A DNA stretch of 64,000 nucleotides from Candidatus Dormiibacterota bacterium (GCA_027306885.1 DAHUYV010000161.1:238-64237); one strand, 5' to 3'. Shown: positions 32,842 to 44,452, counted from the stretch's first letter. Translations and numbers: made by a program. Notes: generated by a model not told the origin, from the letters alone.

Positions 32842-34296
32842 TTGCTGGCCATGGGCGAAGGAATCGAAACCAAGCGGATCTTCATCGGCGGGCGCTGGGT
32901 GGAGAGCGAGGGTGACGGGGTCCAGGAGATCTTCAATCCGGCCAACGGTGAGGTGATAGCCCACGCGCCCCGCGGCTCTCAGGCTGACGTCGATCGGGCC
33001 GTCGAGGCGGCGCGCCGGGCGTTCGATGGGGGCTGGGGGGAGTCGACCCCCGGGGAGCGCAGTCAGGCCCTCCTGGGCCTGGCCGCCCTGGTCGAAGCCC
33101 ATGGGGAGGAGCTGGCCCGCCTTGAGTCCCAGAATGTCGGCAAGCCGATCTCCCCGACCCTGTCGGACGAGATTCCTCCGACCGTTGACGCGCTGCGCTT
33201 CTTCGCCGCTGGGGCCCGCTGTCTGGAGGGCCGGGCGACGACCGAGTACGCCCGCGGCTTCACCAGCATGATCCGGCGCGAACCCGTGGGGGTGGTCGGG
33301 TCCATCGCCCCTTGGAACTACCCGCTGCAGATGGCGGTTTGGAAGCTGGGCCCGGCGCTGGCGGCCGGCAACACGGTGGTGCTCAAGCCGTCCGAATGGA
33401 CCCCGCTGACCGCCCTGCGGTTTGCTGAGCTGGCCGCCGAGGTGCTGCCGCCGGGCGTCCTGAACGTGATCACCGGCGACGGTGAGCCGGTCGGGGCCGG
33501 AATCGTCCGGCACCCCGGGGTGGGGATGGTCTCCCTCACCGGCGATGTCGGGACCGGGAAGGAGGTGGCGCGAGCCGCCGCGGCGACGCTCAAGAAGGTC
33601 CACCTGGAGCTGGGCGGGAAGGCCCCGGTCGTGGTATTCGACGACTGCGACCTGGACTCGACCGTGGAGGGGATCAAGACCGGGGCCTTCTTCAACTCCG
33701 GCCAGGACTGCACCGCCGCCACTCGCGTCCTGGTCTCCGAGAAACGCTTCGACGACTTCGTCGGAAGGCTGCTGCCGGCCGTCGAGGGCCTGAAGGTTGG
33801 CGACCCCGCGGACACCTCAACCGAGATGGGCCCGGTGGTCTCGTCCGAGCAGCTGGAGAGGGTCACCGGCTTTGTCGAGCGCGCGGTCTCCAAAGGCGGC
33901 GAGGTCCTGACCGGGGGCGGCCCGGTGAGCCGGGCGGGCTTCTGGTACCGGCCCACGGTCCTGGTGCCTCCCGGCCAGCGCTCGGAGATCGTGCAGCGCG
34001 AGGTCTTCGGCCCGGTGATCACCGTCCAGCGCTTCTCCGACGAGGACACCGCGGTTGCCTGGGCCAACGACGTCGACTACGGGCTCGCAGCGTCGGTGTG
34101 GACCCGGGACGTCGGCCGGGCGATGCGGATGGCCCGCCGGCTCCAGTTCGGGACGGTGTGGGTCAACACCCACATCCTGCTGGTCAGCGAGATGCCCCAC
34201 GGGGGCTTCAAGCAGAGCGGCTACGGCAAGGACCTCTCCTCGTACTCAATTGAGGAGTACACCCAGGTCAAGCACGTGATGGTGTCGCTGGAATAG
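32842..34296 (+). CDS. Aldehyde dehydrogenase (aminobutyraldehyde / succinate-semialdehyde DH-like)
   Basis: [12 protein letters not shown]…, [34 protein letters not shown], catalytic QDCTAATR, and ELGGKAP. Confidence 0.85.
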   Translation: MLAMGEGIETKRIFIGGRWVESEGDGVQEIFNPANGEVIAHAPRGSQADVDRAVEAARRAFDGGWGESTPGERSQALLGLAALVEAHGEELARLESQNVGKPISPTLSDEIPPTVDALRFFAAGARCLEGRATTEYARGFTSMIRREPVGVVGSIAPWNYPLQMAVWKLGPALAAGNTVVLKPSEWTPLTALRFAELAAEVLPPGVLNVITGDGEPVGAGIVRHPGVGMVSLTGDVGTGKEVARAAAATLKKVHLELGGKAPVVVFDDCDLDSTVEGIKTGAFFNSGQDCTAATRVLVSEKRFDDFVGRLLPAVEGLKVGDPADTSTEMGPVVSSEQLERVTGFVERAVSKGGEVLTGGGPVSRAGFWYRPTVLVPPGQRSEIVQREVFGPVITVQRFSDEDTAVAWANDVDYGLAASVWTRDVGRAMRMARRLQFGTVWVNTHILLVSEMPHGGFKQSGYGKDLSSYSIEEYTQVKHVMVSLE

Positions 34297-34315
34297 ACCA
34301 GCGCCGGGTTGGGCC

Positions 34316-34651
34316 TCAGCTCCCCGGCGCTGCGCAGTCCTGGCAGTAGCCACGAAAGGTCACCTGGGCCTCGTCGACCCGGACCGCGGCCGGCGGTTCC
34401 GGGTCCAGGCAGAGGCGCTCCCCGACCAGGCAGGCGACGTCCATGACGATGGCGCAGCTGCGGCACACGAAGTGGTGGTGCCAGCTCTCGGCGACCTCGT
34501 ACCGCGCGGCACCGGGGCCGTAGTCCGCTCGCATCACCACCCCGGACGCCGCCAGCCGCTCCAGGCCAGCGAACGCCGAGGCTCGGGCCAGCCGCTGACC
34601 GGAGGCTCTCAGGTGCGCCACCACCTCGCCGGCGCTCCGATGACCGCCCAT
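34316..34651 (-). CDS. Fur-family (Fur/PerR/Zur) metalloregulator; N-terminus unresolved
   Basis: ATVYR-like recognition helix region (…LARASAFAGLERLAASGVV) and the metal site HHHFVCRSCAIV…CQDCAA. Homology (RDILRRAGLKATAPRLAVYQALIE) continues in-frame about 84 nt upstream of the ATG, but no ATG, GTG or TTG is present there. Confidence 0.65.
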   Translation of the reverse strand: MGGHRSAGEVVAHLRASGQRLARASAFAGLERLAASGVVMRADYGPGAARYEVAESWHHHFVCRSCAIVMDVACLVGERLCLDPEPPAAVRVDEAQVTFRGYCQDCAAPGS

Positions 34652-34743
34652 CTCGATCAGCGCCTGGTAGACGGCCAGGCGAGGGGCCGTGGCCTTGAGC
34701 CCGGCCCGCCGCAGAATGTCACGCGGGCCGGGCCCAGGGTCGC

Positions 34744-35214
34744 TCAGCTGAGCTGCGCCTGAAGCATCCAGAGGTGCTTGTCCAGCGCCTCAGCGATGCC
34801 GATCACCAGGTCCTGGGTCACCGGATCGAGGTCTCCCAGCGCCTGGACCTCCGTCCGCACCTCGACCGCCACCTGGCGCACCCGGCGGGTGATCTCGCCA
34901 ACCGCCGCGGAGCTGGGCAGGTACCCGAGCGTCATGGGCTGCAGCTTCGACCCGGCGGCGACGGTGGCGGCGTTGCCGTCAACAGTTGACCCCAGCGTCA
35001 CCGCCCTCTCGGCAACGGTGTCCGCCCAGATGCGGGCGTCGGCGACCAGCCGGTCCATCTGCAGGTGGATCGACTCGAAGGTCGGGCCGGTGACGTGCCA
35101 GTGGACCTGCTTGGCCTGCAGGCTGAGGTCGGTGAACTCGACCAGCAGCTGCTGGAGTCGGCTCCCAATCTCGTGTCCAACGTCCGCCGCTAGTGCGCTC
35201 TCGATGACGGTCAT
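34744..35214 (-). CDS. dps: Dps (DNA-binding ferritin-like protein)
   Basis: MTVIESALAADVGHEIGSRLQQLLVEFTDLSLQAKQVHWHVTGPTFESIHLQMD… is the Dps ferroxidase-centre region. Inner ATG chosen. Confidence 0.85.
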   Translation of the reverse strand: MTVIESALAADVGHEIGSRLQQLLVEFTDLSLQAKQVHWHVTGPTFESIHLQMDRLVADARIWADTVAERAVTLGSTVDGNAATVAAGSKLQPMTLGYLPSSAAVGEITRRVRQVAVEVRTEVQALGDLDPVTQDLVIGIAEALDKHLWMLQAQLS

Positions 35215-35226
35215 GGCCCTCTCCTC

Positions 35227-35247
35227 AATCTGGACTGTGTCCAGATT
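35227..35247. promoter_or_regulatory. Perfect 9-3-9 palindrome 13 bp upstream of the dps start; candidate Fur/PerR operator
   Basis: AATCTGGAC-TGT-GTCCAGATT, located within the dps promoter region. Confidence 0.4.
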
Positions 35248-35337
35248 ATATTCCGTGGCGGGCTGGGCCTCCTGCATCCTTTTGCGCCGCCGATCCGTCT
35301 AAGAGGGCAGAAGCAGAGACTTCCCAAGGAGGTTCGG

Positions 35338-35559
35338 GTGATGCGATTGGCGAGCTGGATGGCTACGGCGAGCGGGCGGGGACTGCGGGTGCTGGTGGGC
35401 CTGGTCCTGATCGGAGTCGGAATCGAGATCGGCGGGGTTCTCGGTCTGGTGCTGGGAATCGTGGGGTTGGTGCCGGCGCTGGCGGGGATCGGCAACGTGT
35501 GCCTGATCGCGCCCCTGTTCCGGGCTCCGCTGCGGGGCGGACGCGTCCGGGCCGCCTGA
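35338..35559 (+). CDS. Small DUF2892/YgaP-like membrane protein
   Basis: 73 aa with two transmembrane helices and a G-x-x-x-x-C-x-x-x-P-L-F motif (GIGNVCLIAPLF). Preceded by an AAGGAGG ribosome-binding site. Confidence 0.5.
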   Translation: MMRLASWMATASGRGLRVLVGLVLIGVGIEIGGVLGLVLGIVGLVPALAGIGNVCLIAPLFRAPLRGGRVRAA

Positions 35560-35612
35560 GGGCACGCGTCGGGAGCCCTCCGCCATGAGGTGGAGGGCTC
35601 CACCCTTAAATA

Positions 35613-36140
35613 GTGAGTGCGGTGTTGAGTGACGATGAGGTGCTGGGATGCGTCGCCAAGGATCGAGGCCGCCTGGTCCGCCTGGCGACCGGCCTGCTCT
35701 CCGACGCGGCCCTGGCGGAGGACGCGGTCCAGGAGGCCAGCCTCAAAGCGCTGGCCGCGGCGCCAGGCTTCCGTTCCGAGGCGGCGGTCTGCACCTGGGT
35801 GCAGCGGATCTGCGTCAACACCTGCCACGACCTCCTGCGCCGGCGGCAGTCCCGGGAGAACCTGGAGGCGGCGGTCCGGCGGCGCGCCCTCTGGGAGGAC
35901 CCCAAGTACACGGTCGACCCGGAGCGGGTGGCGCTCTCCCTGGAGCGCCGTGAAGTGGTGAACCTGGCCATCTCCCGCCTGACCGCCGATCAGAAGCAGG
36001 CCGTGGTCCTGCACGACGTGGAGGGCTGGACCGGGCCGGAGATCGCTTCGGCGATGGACTGGCCCCTTGGCACCTTCAAGTCACACCTGCGCCGGGGCCG
36101 GCAGGCGCTGGTGTCGCTGCTCGCTGAGGAGCGGCCATGA
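35613..36140 (+). CDS. ECF-family sigma factor
   Basis: Region 2 (LVRLATGLLSDAALAEDAVQEA…RICVNTCHDLLRRR) and region 4 (LTADQKQAVVLHDVEGWTGPEIASAMDWPLGTFKSHL). GTG start. Confidence 0.8.
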   Translation: MSAVLSDDEVLGCVAKDRGRLVRLATGLLSDAALAEDAVQEASLKALAAAPGFRSEAAVCTWVQRICVNTCHDLLRRRQSRENLEAAVRRRALWEDPKYTVDPERVALSLERREVVNLAISRLTADQKQAVVLHDVEGWTGPEIASAMDWPLGTFKSHLRRGRQALVSLLAEERP

Positions 36141-36337
36141 GACGTCTCACCTGCGCCCAGGCCCGCGACCGGGCGTCCGACCTCCTGGACGGGGAGCTCA
36201 GCCCGGGGCTCGCGGAAGAGCTCGCCCGTCACGTGGCCAGCTGCCCCACCTGCCCGGCCCTCTACCGCGCCCTCATACAACTTCATCGAGAGCTGCGGGC
36301 GATCAGGGCCGTGGGCGGCCCGCCGGCCGCGGGCTGA
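36137..36337 (+). CDS. ZAS-type (H-x3-C-x2-C) mini anti-sigma factor
   Basis: 66 aa. Start overlaps the sigma gene's stop (ATGA). Sequence CAQARDRASDLLDGEL…HVASCPTC is the anti-sigma N-terminal zinc-binding motif. No transmembrane segment. Confidence 0.6.
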   Translation: MRRLTCAQARDRASDLLDGELSPGLAEELARHVASCPTCPALYRALIQLHRELRAIRAVGGPPAAG

Positions 36338-36675
36338 GCCCGGCCGGCGGCCACCAGGCCGACCCCCGCACCCCAGTCCCACCCCGCACCGCGGACTGAC
36401 CGGGGGCGTAGGCTCCGGGTCGGCGCCCGGCGATGGGCGGGAGGGAAAGCGGGCCGCCGCCGCTCTGGCGATCGCGTGGGGAAGTGCCACCGAGCACTGG
36501 TGGCTCGGGCCGGCAGCCGAGAGCGTTCCGCGCTCCTAGCGCCGGGTTGCCGATCCTCCTTCACCCCGGGAAAGGGGTCCTCCGGCCGCGGGTGGATCGG
36601 CCGGCATCGCCCCCCGGATCTCGCGGTCCAGGGCGCTTCGATTTCCGGCGGCACACCCCGAACTGACGCTGGAGT

Positions 36676-36704
36676 TTGACAGTCCCGGGGGAGGGCGATA
36701 GAAT
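36676..36704 (+). promoter_or_regulatory. Consensus sigma-70 promoter for rpsL–rpsG–fusA–tuf
   Basis: TTGACA (36676-36681), 17-nt spacer GTCCCGGGGGAGGGCGA, TAGAAT (36699-36704), about 85 nt upstream of the rpsL TTG start. Confidence 0.55.
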
Positions 36705-36789
36705 GAGCACCCGCGCCTCCGGAGGGCGCTTGCTTCCATGTGTGGCCGTCACCCCGGATCGGCCAGCGTTCTCCAAGGACAGTTTCAGT

Positions 36790-37173
36790 TTGCCCACCAT
36801 CCAGCAGCTGGTCCGCCAGGGTCGCGAACCGGTCACCAAGAAGACCAAGTCGCCGGCGCTGAAGTCGTCTCCCCAGCGCCGGGGGGTGTGCGTTCGGGTG
36901 TTCACAACCACGCCCAAGAAGCCGAACTCGGCCCTCCGGAAGGTGGCTAGGGTGCGCCTGACCAGCAAGATCGAGGTGACCGCCTACATCCCCGGCATCG
37001 GCCACAACCTGCAGGAGCACTCGGTGGTCCTGGTCCGGGGCGGCCGGGTGAAGGACCTGCCAGGAGTGCGCTACCACATCGTCCGAGGGGCGCTGGACAC
37101 CGCCGGAGCCAAGGCGCGCAAGCAGGCCCGGAGCAAGTACGGCGCCAAGCGCGAGAAGCAGGCGAAGGGCTGA
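36790..37173 (+). CDS. rpsL: 30S ribosomal protein S12
   Basis: (L)[23 protein letters not shown]…; TTG start inferred from the conserved N-terminus. The ORF track extends further upstream, to 36676. Confidence 0.9.
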   Translation: MPTIQQLVRQGREPVTKKTKSPALKSSPQRRGVCVRVFTTTPKKPNSALRKVARVRLTSKIEVTAYIPGIGHNLQEHSVVLVRGGRVKDLPGVRYHIVRGALDTAGAKARKQARSKYGAKREKQAKG

Positions 37174-37174
37174 T

Positions 37175-37645
37175 ATGCCACGCCGTCAACGCGTCTCCCG
37201 TCGGGTGGTGGTCGCCGATCCGGTGTACCGGAGCGAGGCGCTCGCCAAGTTCATCAACTGCCTGATGCTGAACGGCAAGCGCAGCACCGCCGAGAGCATC
37301 GTGTACGCGTCCCTCACCCGGATTGCCAAGAGCCAGAGGCGGGAGCCGCTGGAGGTGTTCGACCTCGCGGTTCGCAACGCCACCCCGATCCTGGAGGTCA
37401 AGCCCAAGCGGGTCGGTGGGGCCACCTACCAGGTCCCGGTGGAGATCCGCCATGATCGGCGCTTGGCCCTGGCCCGGCGCTGGATCATCCGCAGCGCCAG
37501 GGCGCGGCACGGACGGAGCATGGCCGACCGCCTTGCCGCCGAGCTCATGGACGCCAGCAACGGGATGGGCCAGGCGGTCAAGCGCAAGGAAGACACCCAC
37601 AAGATGGCCGAGTCGAACCGAGCCTTCTCCCACTTCAGGTACTGA
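37175..37645 (+). CDS. rpsG: 30S ribosomal protein S7
   Basis: MPRRQRVSRRVVVADPVYRSEALAKFINCLMLNGKRSTAE…. Confidence 0.95.
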   Translation: MPRRQRVSRRVVVADPVYRSEALAKFINCLMLNGKRSTAESIVYASLTRIAKSQRREPLEVFDLAVRNATPILEVKPKRVGGATYQVPVEIRHDRRLALARRWIIRSARARHGRSMADRLAAELMDASNGMGQAVKRKEDTHKMAESNRAFSHFRY

Positions 37646-37651
37646 GCGAGC

Positions 37652-39766
37652 ATGACCACTCAGACCACCCTTTCCGGCGCCGCCTTGGCCCACGGCCGCA
37701 AGGTTCCCCTGGAGCGGGTGCGCAACATCGGCATCATGGCCCACATCGACGCCGGGAAGACCACCACGACCGAGCGGGTGCTCTTCTACACCGGCCGGAT
37801 TCACAAGATGGGGGAGGTCCACGAGGGCGCCGCCACCATGGACTGGATGGTCCAGGAGCAGGAGCGCGGGATCACCATCACATCGGCCGCGACGGCCGCG
37901 TCCTGGCGCGACCATCAGATCAACATCATCGACACCCCCGGCCACGTCGACTTCACCGTCGAGGTGGAGCGCAGCCTGCGGGTGCTGGACGGGGCGATCG
38001 CGGTCTTTGACGCGGTGAGCGGTGTGGAGCCCCAGTCCGAGACGGTGTGGCGCCAGGCCGACCGTTACAACGTGCCAAGGATCTGCTTCATCAACAAGAT
38101 GGACCGGGTGGGGGCCGACTTCGCCGCCGCCGTCGAGTCGATCACCGAGCGCCTGGGGGCGCGGGCGATCCCGGTGCAGCTGCCGATCGGCGCCGAGGAC
38201 GACTTCCTGGGTGTGGTGGACCTGATCCGCGAGCGAGCCATCGTCTACGCCGACGACCTGGGAACGGCTCTCGAGGAAACGACCATGCCCGAGGGGATGG
38301 TGGAGGCGGTGCGCACCGCCCGCCAGGAGCTCATCGAGGTGGCCGCGGAGTTCGACGACGCCTTGATGCAGTCCTATCTCGACGACCAGCCGGTGGACCC
38401 CCAACAGTTGAGTGCGGCACTCCGGCGCGGGGTGGTCAGGGCCGAGGTGTTCCCGGTGCTCTGTGGCGCTGCGCTGCGCAACCGCGGGATCCAGCCCATG
38501 CTCGACGCGGTGGTCGAGTTCCTGCCGTCGCCTCTGGACCGGCCCGCGGTCATTGGCCACGACCCCCGCGGGGGAGGGGAGATCACCCGCGAGGTGTCCG
38601 ATGACGCCCCCTTCTCGGGCCTGGCCTTCAAGATCATGACCGACCCCTACGTGGGCAAGCTCACCTTCTTCCGCGTGTACAGCGGTGTGCTCCGTTCCGG
38701 CAGCTACGTGTACAACGCCTCCAAGGGGGAGCGGGAGCGCGTCGGCCGGATCCTGAAGATGCACGCCAACCGGCGCGAGGAGATCGAGCAGGTGCTCACC
38801 GGGGACATCGCGGCGGCCATCGGGCTCCGCCACACCTCCACCGGCGACACGCTCACCGACGACGGCCAGCCCATCGTCCTGGAGTCGATAGTCTTCCCCG
38901 AGCCGGTGATCTCGGTCGCCATCGAGCCCAAGACCAAGGCCGACCAGGACAAGTTGGGGGTGGCGCTGCAGAAGCTGGCCGAGGAGGACCCCACCTTCCA
39001 GGTGCGCACCGAACCCGAGACCGGGCAGAACCTCATCTCCGGGATGGGGGAGCTGCACCTCGAGGTCATCGTCGACCGCCTCCTCCGGGAGTTCAAGGTC
39101 GACGCCAACGTGGGCAAGCCCCAGGTCGCCTACCGGGAGACCGTGCGGGCCCAGGCCAAGGGCAGCGGGCGCTTCGTCCGGCAGACGGGTGGCCACGGCC
39201 AGTACGGCCACGCCGAGCTGGTGGTGGAGCCGAACGAGGGCGGCAAGGGCTTCGAGTTCGTCAACAAGATCGTCGGCGGGGTAATCCCCCGGGAGTTCAT
39301 CCCGGCGATCGAGAAGGGGTGCATCGACGCCTTGCAGTCCGGGGTGGTCGCGGGGTACCCGGTAGTGGACGTGAAGGCCACCGTCTACGACGGCTCGTAC
39401 CACGACGTCGACTCCTCGGAACAGGCCTTCCAGATCGCCGGCTCGATGGCGATGAAGGACGGGATGCGCAAGGCCAAGCCGGTGCTCTTGGAGCCGATCA
39501 TGAAGGTCGACGTCACCTGCTCCGAGGCCAACCTCGGTGACGTGATCGGCGACCTCGCCTCCCGGCGGGGCCACACCTTGGGCATGGAGAGCCGCCGGGG
39601 GATGCAGACGGTGCACGCCCAGGTGCCGCTGGCCAACATGTTCGGCTACGCCACCCAGCTCCGAAGCATGACCCAGGGCCGGGCCAGCTACACCATGGAG
39701 TTCGAGCGTTACCAGGAACTGCCACAGTCCCTGGCGGATGAGATCACGGCCAAGCGCAAGAGTTGA
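37652..39766 (+). CDS. fusA: Elongation factor G
   Basis: [24 protein letters not shown]… G-domain plus domains II–V. Confidence 0.95.
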   Translation: MTTQTTLSGAALAHGRKVPLERVRNIGIMAHIDAGKTTTTERVLFYTGRIHKMGEVHEGAATMDWMVQEQERGITITSAATAASWRDHQINIIDTPGHVDFTVEVERSLRVLDGAIAVFDAVSGVEPQSETVWRQADRYNVPRICFINKMDRVGADFAAAVESITERLGARAIPVQLPIGAEDDFLGVVDLIRERAIVYADDLGTALEETTMPEGMVEAVRTARQELIEVAAEFDDALMQSYLDDQPVDPQQLSAALRRGVVRAEVFPVLCGAALRNRGIQPMLDAVVEFLPSPLDRPAVIGHDPRGGGEITREVSDDAPFSGLAFKIMTDPYVGKLTFFRVYSGVLRSGSYVYNASKGERERVGRILKMHANRREEIEQVLTGDIAAAIGLRHTSTGDTLTDDGQPIVLESIVFPEPVISVAIEPKTKADQDKLGVALQKLAEEDPTFQVRTEPETGQNLISGMGELHLEVIVDRLLREFKVDANVGKPQVAYRETVRAQAKGSGRFVRQTGGHGQYGHAELVVEPNEGGKGFEFVNKIVGGVIPREFIPAIEKGCIDALQSGVVAGYPVVDVKATVYDGSYHDVDSSEQAFQIAGSMAMKDGMRKAKPVLLEPIMKVDVTCSEANLGDVIGDLASRRGHTLGMESRRGMQTVHAQVPLANMFGYATQLRSMTQGRASYTMEFERYQELPQSLADEITAKRKS

Positions 39767-39818
39767 CCGGCACCAGCCGACGGAAGTCAGATCCACCAAC
39801 CAAGGGCAGATAGAGAGA

Positions 39819-41003
<1,185 letters not shown>

Positions 41004-41028
41004 GGCAAAAGGTAGACGGTCACAAAAG

Positions 41029-41334
41029 ATGGCACAGCGAATTCGGATCCGGCTCAAGGCCTATGACCACCGGGTCCTGGACCAGGCGGCGGCCCGCATC
41101 GTCGAGACCGCGGCCCGGAACCAGGCCCAGGTGATGGGTCCGGTTCCGCTGCCCACCGAGATCAACAAGTACACCGTGATCCGGGGTCCCTTCATCGACA
41201 AGGACTCCCGGGAGCAATTTGAGATGCGCACCCACACGCGGATCCTGGACATCATCGATCCCAACCCCAAGGTGGTGGACGCGCTCATGCATCTCAACCT
41301 GCCCAGCGGCGTCAACATCGAGATCAAGCTCTGA
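41029..41334 (+). CDS. rpsJ: 30S ribosomal protein S10
   Basis: [44 protein letters not shown]… The start lies only 25 bp after the tuf stop. Confidence 0.95.
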   Translation: MAQRIRIRLKAYDHRVLDQAAARIVETAARNQAQVMGPVPLPTEINKYTVIRGPFIDKDSREQFEMRTHTRILDIIDPNPKVVDALMHLNLPSGVNIEIKL

Positions 41335-41978
41335 TGACGGTCGCACTGCTGGCCCGCAAGCTGGGGATGGCGCAGGTGTTCGCCGACGACGGCCGCTGCT
41401 ACGGCGTGACCGTCCTCGAGGCGGGACCGTGCCCGGTGGTGCAGGCCAAGACCGAGGCGACCGACGGCTACGAGGCCCTGCAGATCGGCTTCGGGCCGGT
41501 GCGCAAGCAGGGGGTGAATCGGCCCTCCGCTGGGCACTTCGAGGCCGCCGGGGTCGAACCGACCCGGCAGCTGCGTGAGGTGCGCGGGGTCGAGCCCGCG
41601 GCGGTGGGGGAGGTCCTGACGGTTGCCGGCTTCGAGGCGGGCAGTCGGGTCGACGTGAGTGGGGTGAGCAAGGGCAAGGGGTTCGCCGGGCAGCACAAGC
41701 GGCACAACTTCGGCCGCGGCCCGGTCACCCACGGCAGCCACAACATCCGCCAGCCTGGGTCGGTGGGGTCGGTCGACGCCGCCCGGACCTTCCCGGGGCT
41801 GAAGATGGCGGGGCACCTCGGCGACCACCGCGCCACGGTTCTCCGGCTGGAGGTCTTCCGGGTCGACCCAGAGCGCAACCTGCTGATGGTGAAGGGCGCC
41901 GTCCCCGGGGCGACCGGGGGCCTGCTGATGGTCCGCTCCTCGCGGCCTCGGATCCGCAAGGTGAGGGGGCAGCGCTGA
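41334..41978 (+). CDS. rplC: 50S ribosomal protein L3
   Basis: Family match and S10-operon order. Confidence 0.95.
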   Translation: MTVALLARKLGMAQVFADDGRCYGVTVLEAGPCPVVQAKTEATDGYEALQIGFGPVRKQGVNRPSAGHFEAAGVEPTRQLREVRGVEPAAVGEVLTVAGFEAGSRVDVSGVSKGKGFAGQHKRHNFGRGPVTHGSHNIRQPGSVGSVDAARTFPGLKMAGHLGDHRATVLRLEVFRVDPERNLLMVKGAVPGATGGLLMVRSSRPRIRKVRGQR

Positions 41979-42601
41979 TGGGCGCCGCAGTGGTTCGGGG
42001 GCCGGAGGGCGAGGCGAAGGGCGAGATCGAGCTTCCCGAGGCCGTGTTCGGCCAGGAGGTGCACCAGGGCGCCCTGCACCAGGCGCTGCTCCGACAGCTG
42101 GCGGGGGCCCACCAGGGTACCCACGACACCAAGACCAGGGGCGAGGTGAGGGGCGGCGGCCGGAAGCCCTACCGCCAGAAGGGCACCGGGCGGGCCCGGC
42201 AGGGCTCCATCCGGGCTCCCCACTTCCGCGGGGGCGGGACGGTCTTCGGCCCCACCCCCCGGAGCTACGCCATGCGCATGCCCCGCAAGCAGCGGCGGCT
42301 CGCACTGCGGGCCGCGCTCTCGGCCAAGGCGGCTGAGGGGGTGGTGCAGATCGCCGATGGTCTGGCCTTCGCGGCCCCCAAGACACGACAGATGGCCACC
42401 TACCTGGACCAGATCGGGGCCGGTCGGCGGGTGCTGCTCGTGGTCGAGGGCCGCGACCCCAACTTGGAGCTCTCGGCGCGGAACATCCCCCAGCTCAAGG
42501 TGGTCCATGCCTCCAACCTCGGGGTGCGGGACGTGCTGATCGCGGACACCCTGATCTTCCGGAGGCCGGCCTTGGACCTGGTCGTGGAGCACCTCGGATG
42601 A
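41978..42601 (+). CDS. rplD: 50S ribosomal protein L4
   Basis: Family match and order. Confidence 0.9.
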   Translation: MGAAVVRGPEGEAKGEIELPEAVFGQEVHQGALHQALLRQLAGAHQGTHDTKTRGEVRGGGRKPYRQKGTGRARQGSIRAPHFRGGGTVFGPTPRSYAMRMPRKQRRLALRAALSAKAAEGVVQIADGLAFAAPKTRQMATYLDQIGAGRRVLLVVEGRDPNLELSARNIPQLKVVHASNLGVRDVLIADTLIFRRPALDLVVEHLG

Positions 42602-42900
42602 AGGACCCGTCGCGGATTCTGATCCGGCCGGTGATCAGCGAGAAGTCCTACGCCGGGATGGCCCAGCGTCGCTACGTCTTCAAGGTGGCCACCGACGCCA
42701 ACAAGATCGAGGTCAAGCGCGCCGTGGAGGATGCCTTCAAGGTCCGGGCCGCCGAGGTCAACATGATGGTGGTCAAGGGCAAGGTTCGCACCCGGATGCG
42801 CCGCGGCGGCCGGGTCGTCGGCCGCAGCCGTGACTGGAAGAAGGCGGTGGTGACCCTTCAGCCCGGCGAGACCATCGCCAACCTGTTCGAGGGGGTGTGA
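42598..42900 (+). CDS. rplW: 50S ribosomal protein L23
   Basis: Family match and order. Confidence 0.9.
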   Translation: MKDPSRILIRPVISEKSYAGMAQRRYVFKVATDANKIEVKRAVEDAFKVRAAEVNMMVVKGKVRTRMRRGGRVVGRSRDWKKAVVTLQPGETIANLFEGV

Positions 42901-42901
42901 G

Positions 42902-43726
42902 ATGCCGGTAAAGCGCTACGACCCCACCTCGCCGGGGCGCCGGTTCATGAGCGTCAGCTCCTTCGAGGAGGTGACCCGACGCGGCCCGGAGCGATCGCTG
43001 ACGGTCTCACTGAAGAAGCACTCCGGGCGTAACGCCACGGGCAAGATCACCGTCCGCCACCGCGGCGGCGGGCACCGGCGCATCTACCGGGTCATCGACT
43101 TCCGGCGGGACAAGCTGGACATCCCCGGCCGGGTGGCGGCGATCGAGTACGACCCCAACCGCAGCGCGCGGATCGCCCTCATCAACTACCGGGATGGGGA
43201 GAAGCGTTACATCCTCGCCCCGGACGGGCTGGTGCTGGGGGACACGATCATGGCCGGGGAGAAGGCCGAGATTCGGGTTGGCAACTCCCTGCCCCTGGCG
43301 CGGATCCCCCTCGGCACCACGGTGCACAACCTTGAGGTGCAGGTGGGCAAGGGCGGCCAGCTGGTGCGGAGCGCCGGCGTGGGAGCGCAGCTGGTGGCCC
43401 GGGAGGGCCGCCACGCCCAGATGCGCATGCCCTCGGGCGAGGTCCGGCTCATCGACGTTCGCTGCCGGGCCACGGTCGGCCAGGTGGGCAACTCCGATCA
43501 CTTCAACGAGGTGGTGGGCAAGGCGGGCAAGAGCCGTTGGCGGGGCATCCGCCCCTCGGTGAGGGGCTCCACCATGAATCCCTTCGACCACCCCCATGGG
43601 GGCGGTGAGGGCCGGTCCGGTCCGGGCGGCCACCCGCAGACCCCCTGGGGCAAGCCGGCACTGGGCCATCGGACCCGCAACAACAAGGCCACCGATCCGA
43701 TGATCGTGCGCAGGAGACGCAAGTAG
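42902..43726 (+). CDS. rplB: 50S ribosomal protein L2
   Basis: …[17 protein letters not shown]…HPHGGGEGR…. Confidence 0.95.
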   Translation: MPVKRYDPTSPGRRFMSVSSFEEVTRRGPERSLTVSLKKHSGRNATGKITVRHRGGGHRRIYRVIDFRRDKLDIPGRVAAIEYDPNRSARIALINYRDGEKRYILAPDGLVLGDTIMAGEKAEIRVGNSLPLARIPLGTTVHNLEVQVGKGGQLVRSAGVGAQLVAREGRHAQMRMPSGEVRLIDVRCRATVGQVGNSDHFNEVVGKAGKSRWRGIRPSVRGSTMNPFDHPHGGGEGRSGPGGHPQTPWGKPALGHRTRNNKATDPMIVRRRRK

Positions 43727-43730
43727 CAGC

Positions 43731-44015
43731 ATGAGCAGGTCCGTCAAGAAGGGGCCGTACTGCGACCCCTCGCTTCTGAAGAAGGTGATCGAGATGAACC
43801 GGGCCAAGGAACGCCGGGTGATCCGCACCTGGTCCCGGCGCAGCGACATCTTCCCGGAGATGCTGGGGCACACCCTGGCGGTCCACGACGGGCGCAAGCA
43901 CGTGCCGGTCCTTGTGACCGAGGCCATGGTCGGCCACAAGCTGGGTGAGTTTGTGCCGACCCGGCGTTTCCGCGGTCACGGGCATCACACCGAGCGCAGC
44001 TCGGCGCTCAAGTAG
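43731..44015 (+). CDS. rpsS: 30S ribosomal protein S19
   Basis: [19 protein letters not shown]…. Confidence 0.95.
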   Translation: MSRSVKKGPYCDPSLLKKVIEMNRAKERRVIRTWSRRSDIFPEMLGHTLAVHDGRKHVPVLVTEAMVGHKLGEFVPTRRFRGHGHHTERSSALK

Positions 44016-44030
44016 GCGAGGGAGCAGCAG

Positions 44031-44444
44031 ATGCAGGTCACGGCGACCGCGAAGTGGGTGCGGGTGCCCCCCCGGAAGGCCCGTCTGGTGGCTGGGGTGA
44101 TCGAGGGGTTGGCGGTGGAGGAGGCCCTCTCTCTGCTATCCTTCATGCCTCAGGCGGCCGCCCAAGACGTGGGCAAGGTGGTTCGCTCCGCCGCCGCCAA
44201 CGCCGAGAACAACTTCAGTTTGGATCGCGATCGCCTGCGACTGATCCGGCTGGAGGTGGACGGGGGTCCGACCATCAAGCGCTTTCGGCCCCGAGCGCGC
44301 GGCACGTCGTACTCGATTTTCAAGCGGACCTGTCACCTGCGGGCGGTCGTTGAGGACACTCTGGAGCGCCCCTCACGGACCAGGGCGCGGAGCGCCCGGC
44401 CCCAGGTTGATGAGCCCGTCAGCAGTGACGCTGAGGAGGAGTAG
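44031..44444 (+). CDS. rplV: 50S ribosomal protein L22
   Basis: Family match; acidic C-terminal tail. Confidence 0.9.
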   Translation: MQVTATAKWVRVPPRKARLVAGVIEGLAVEEALSLLSFMPQAAAQDVGKVVRSAAANAENNFSLDRDRLRLIRLEVDGGPTIKRFRPRARGTSYSIFKRTCHLRAVVEDTLERPSRTRARSARPQVDEPVSSDAEEE

Positions 44445-44452
44445 GTAGGGAG

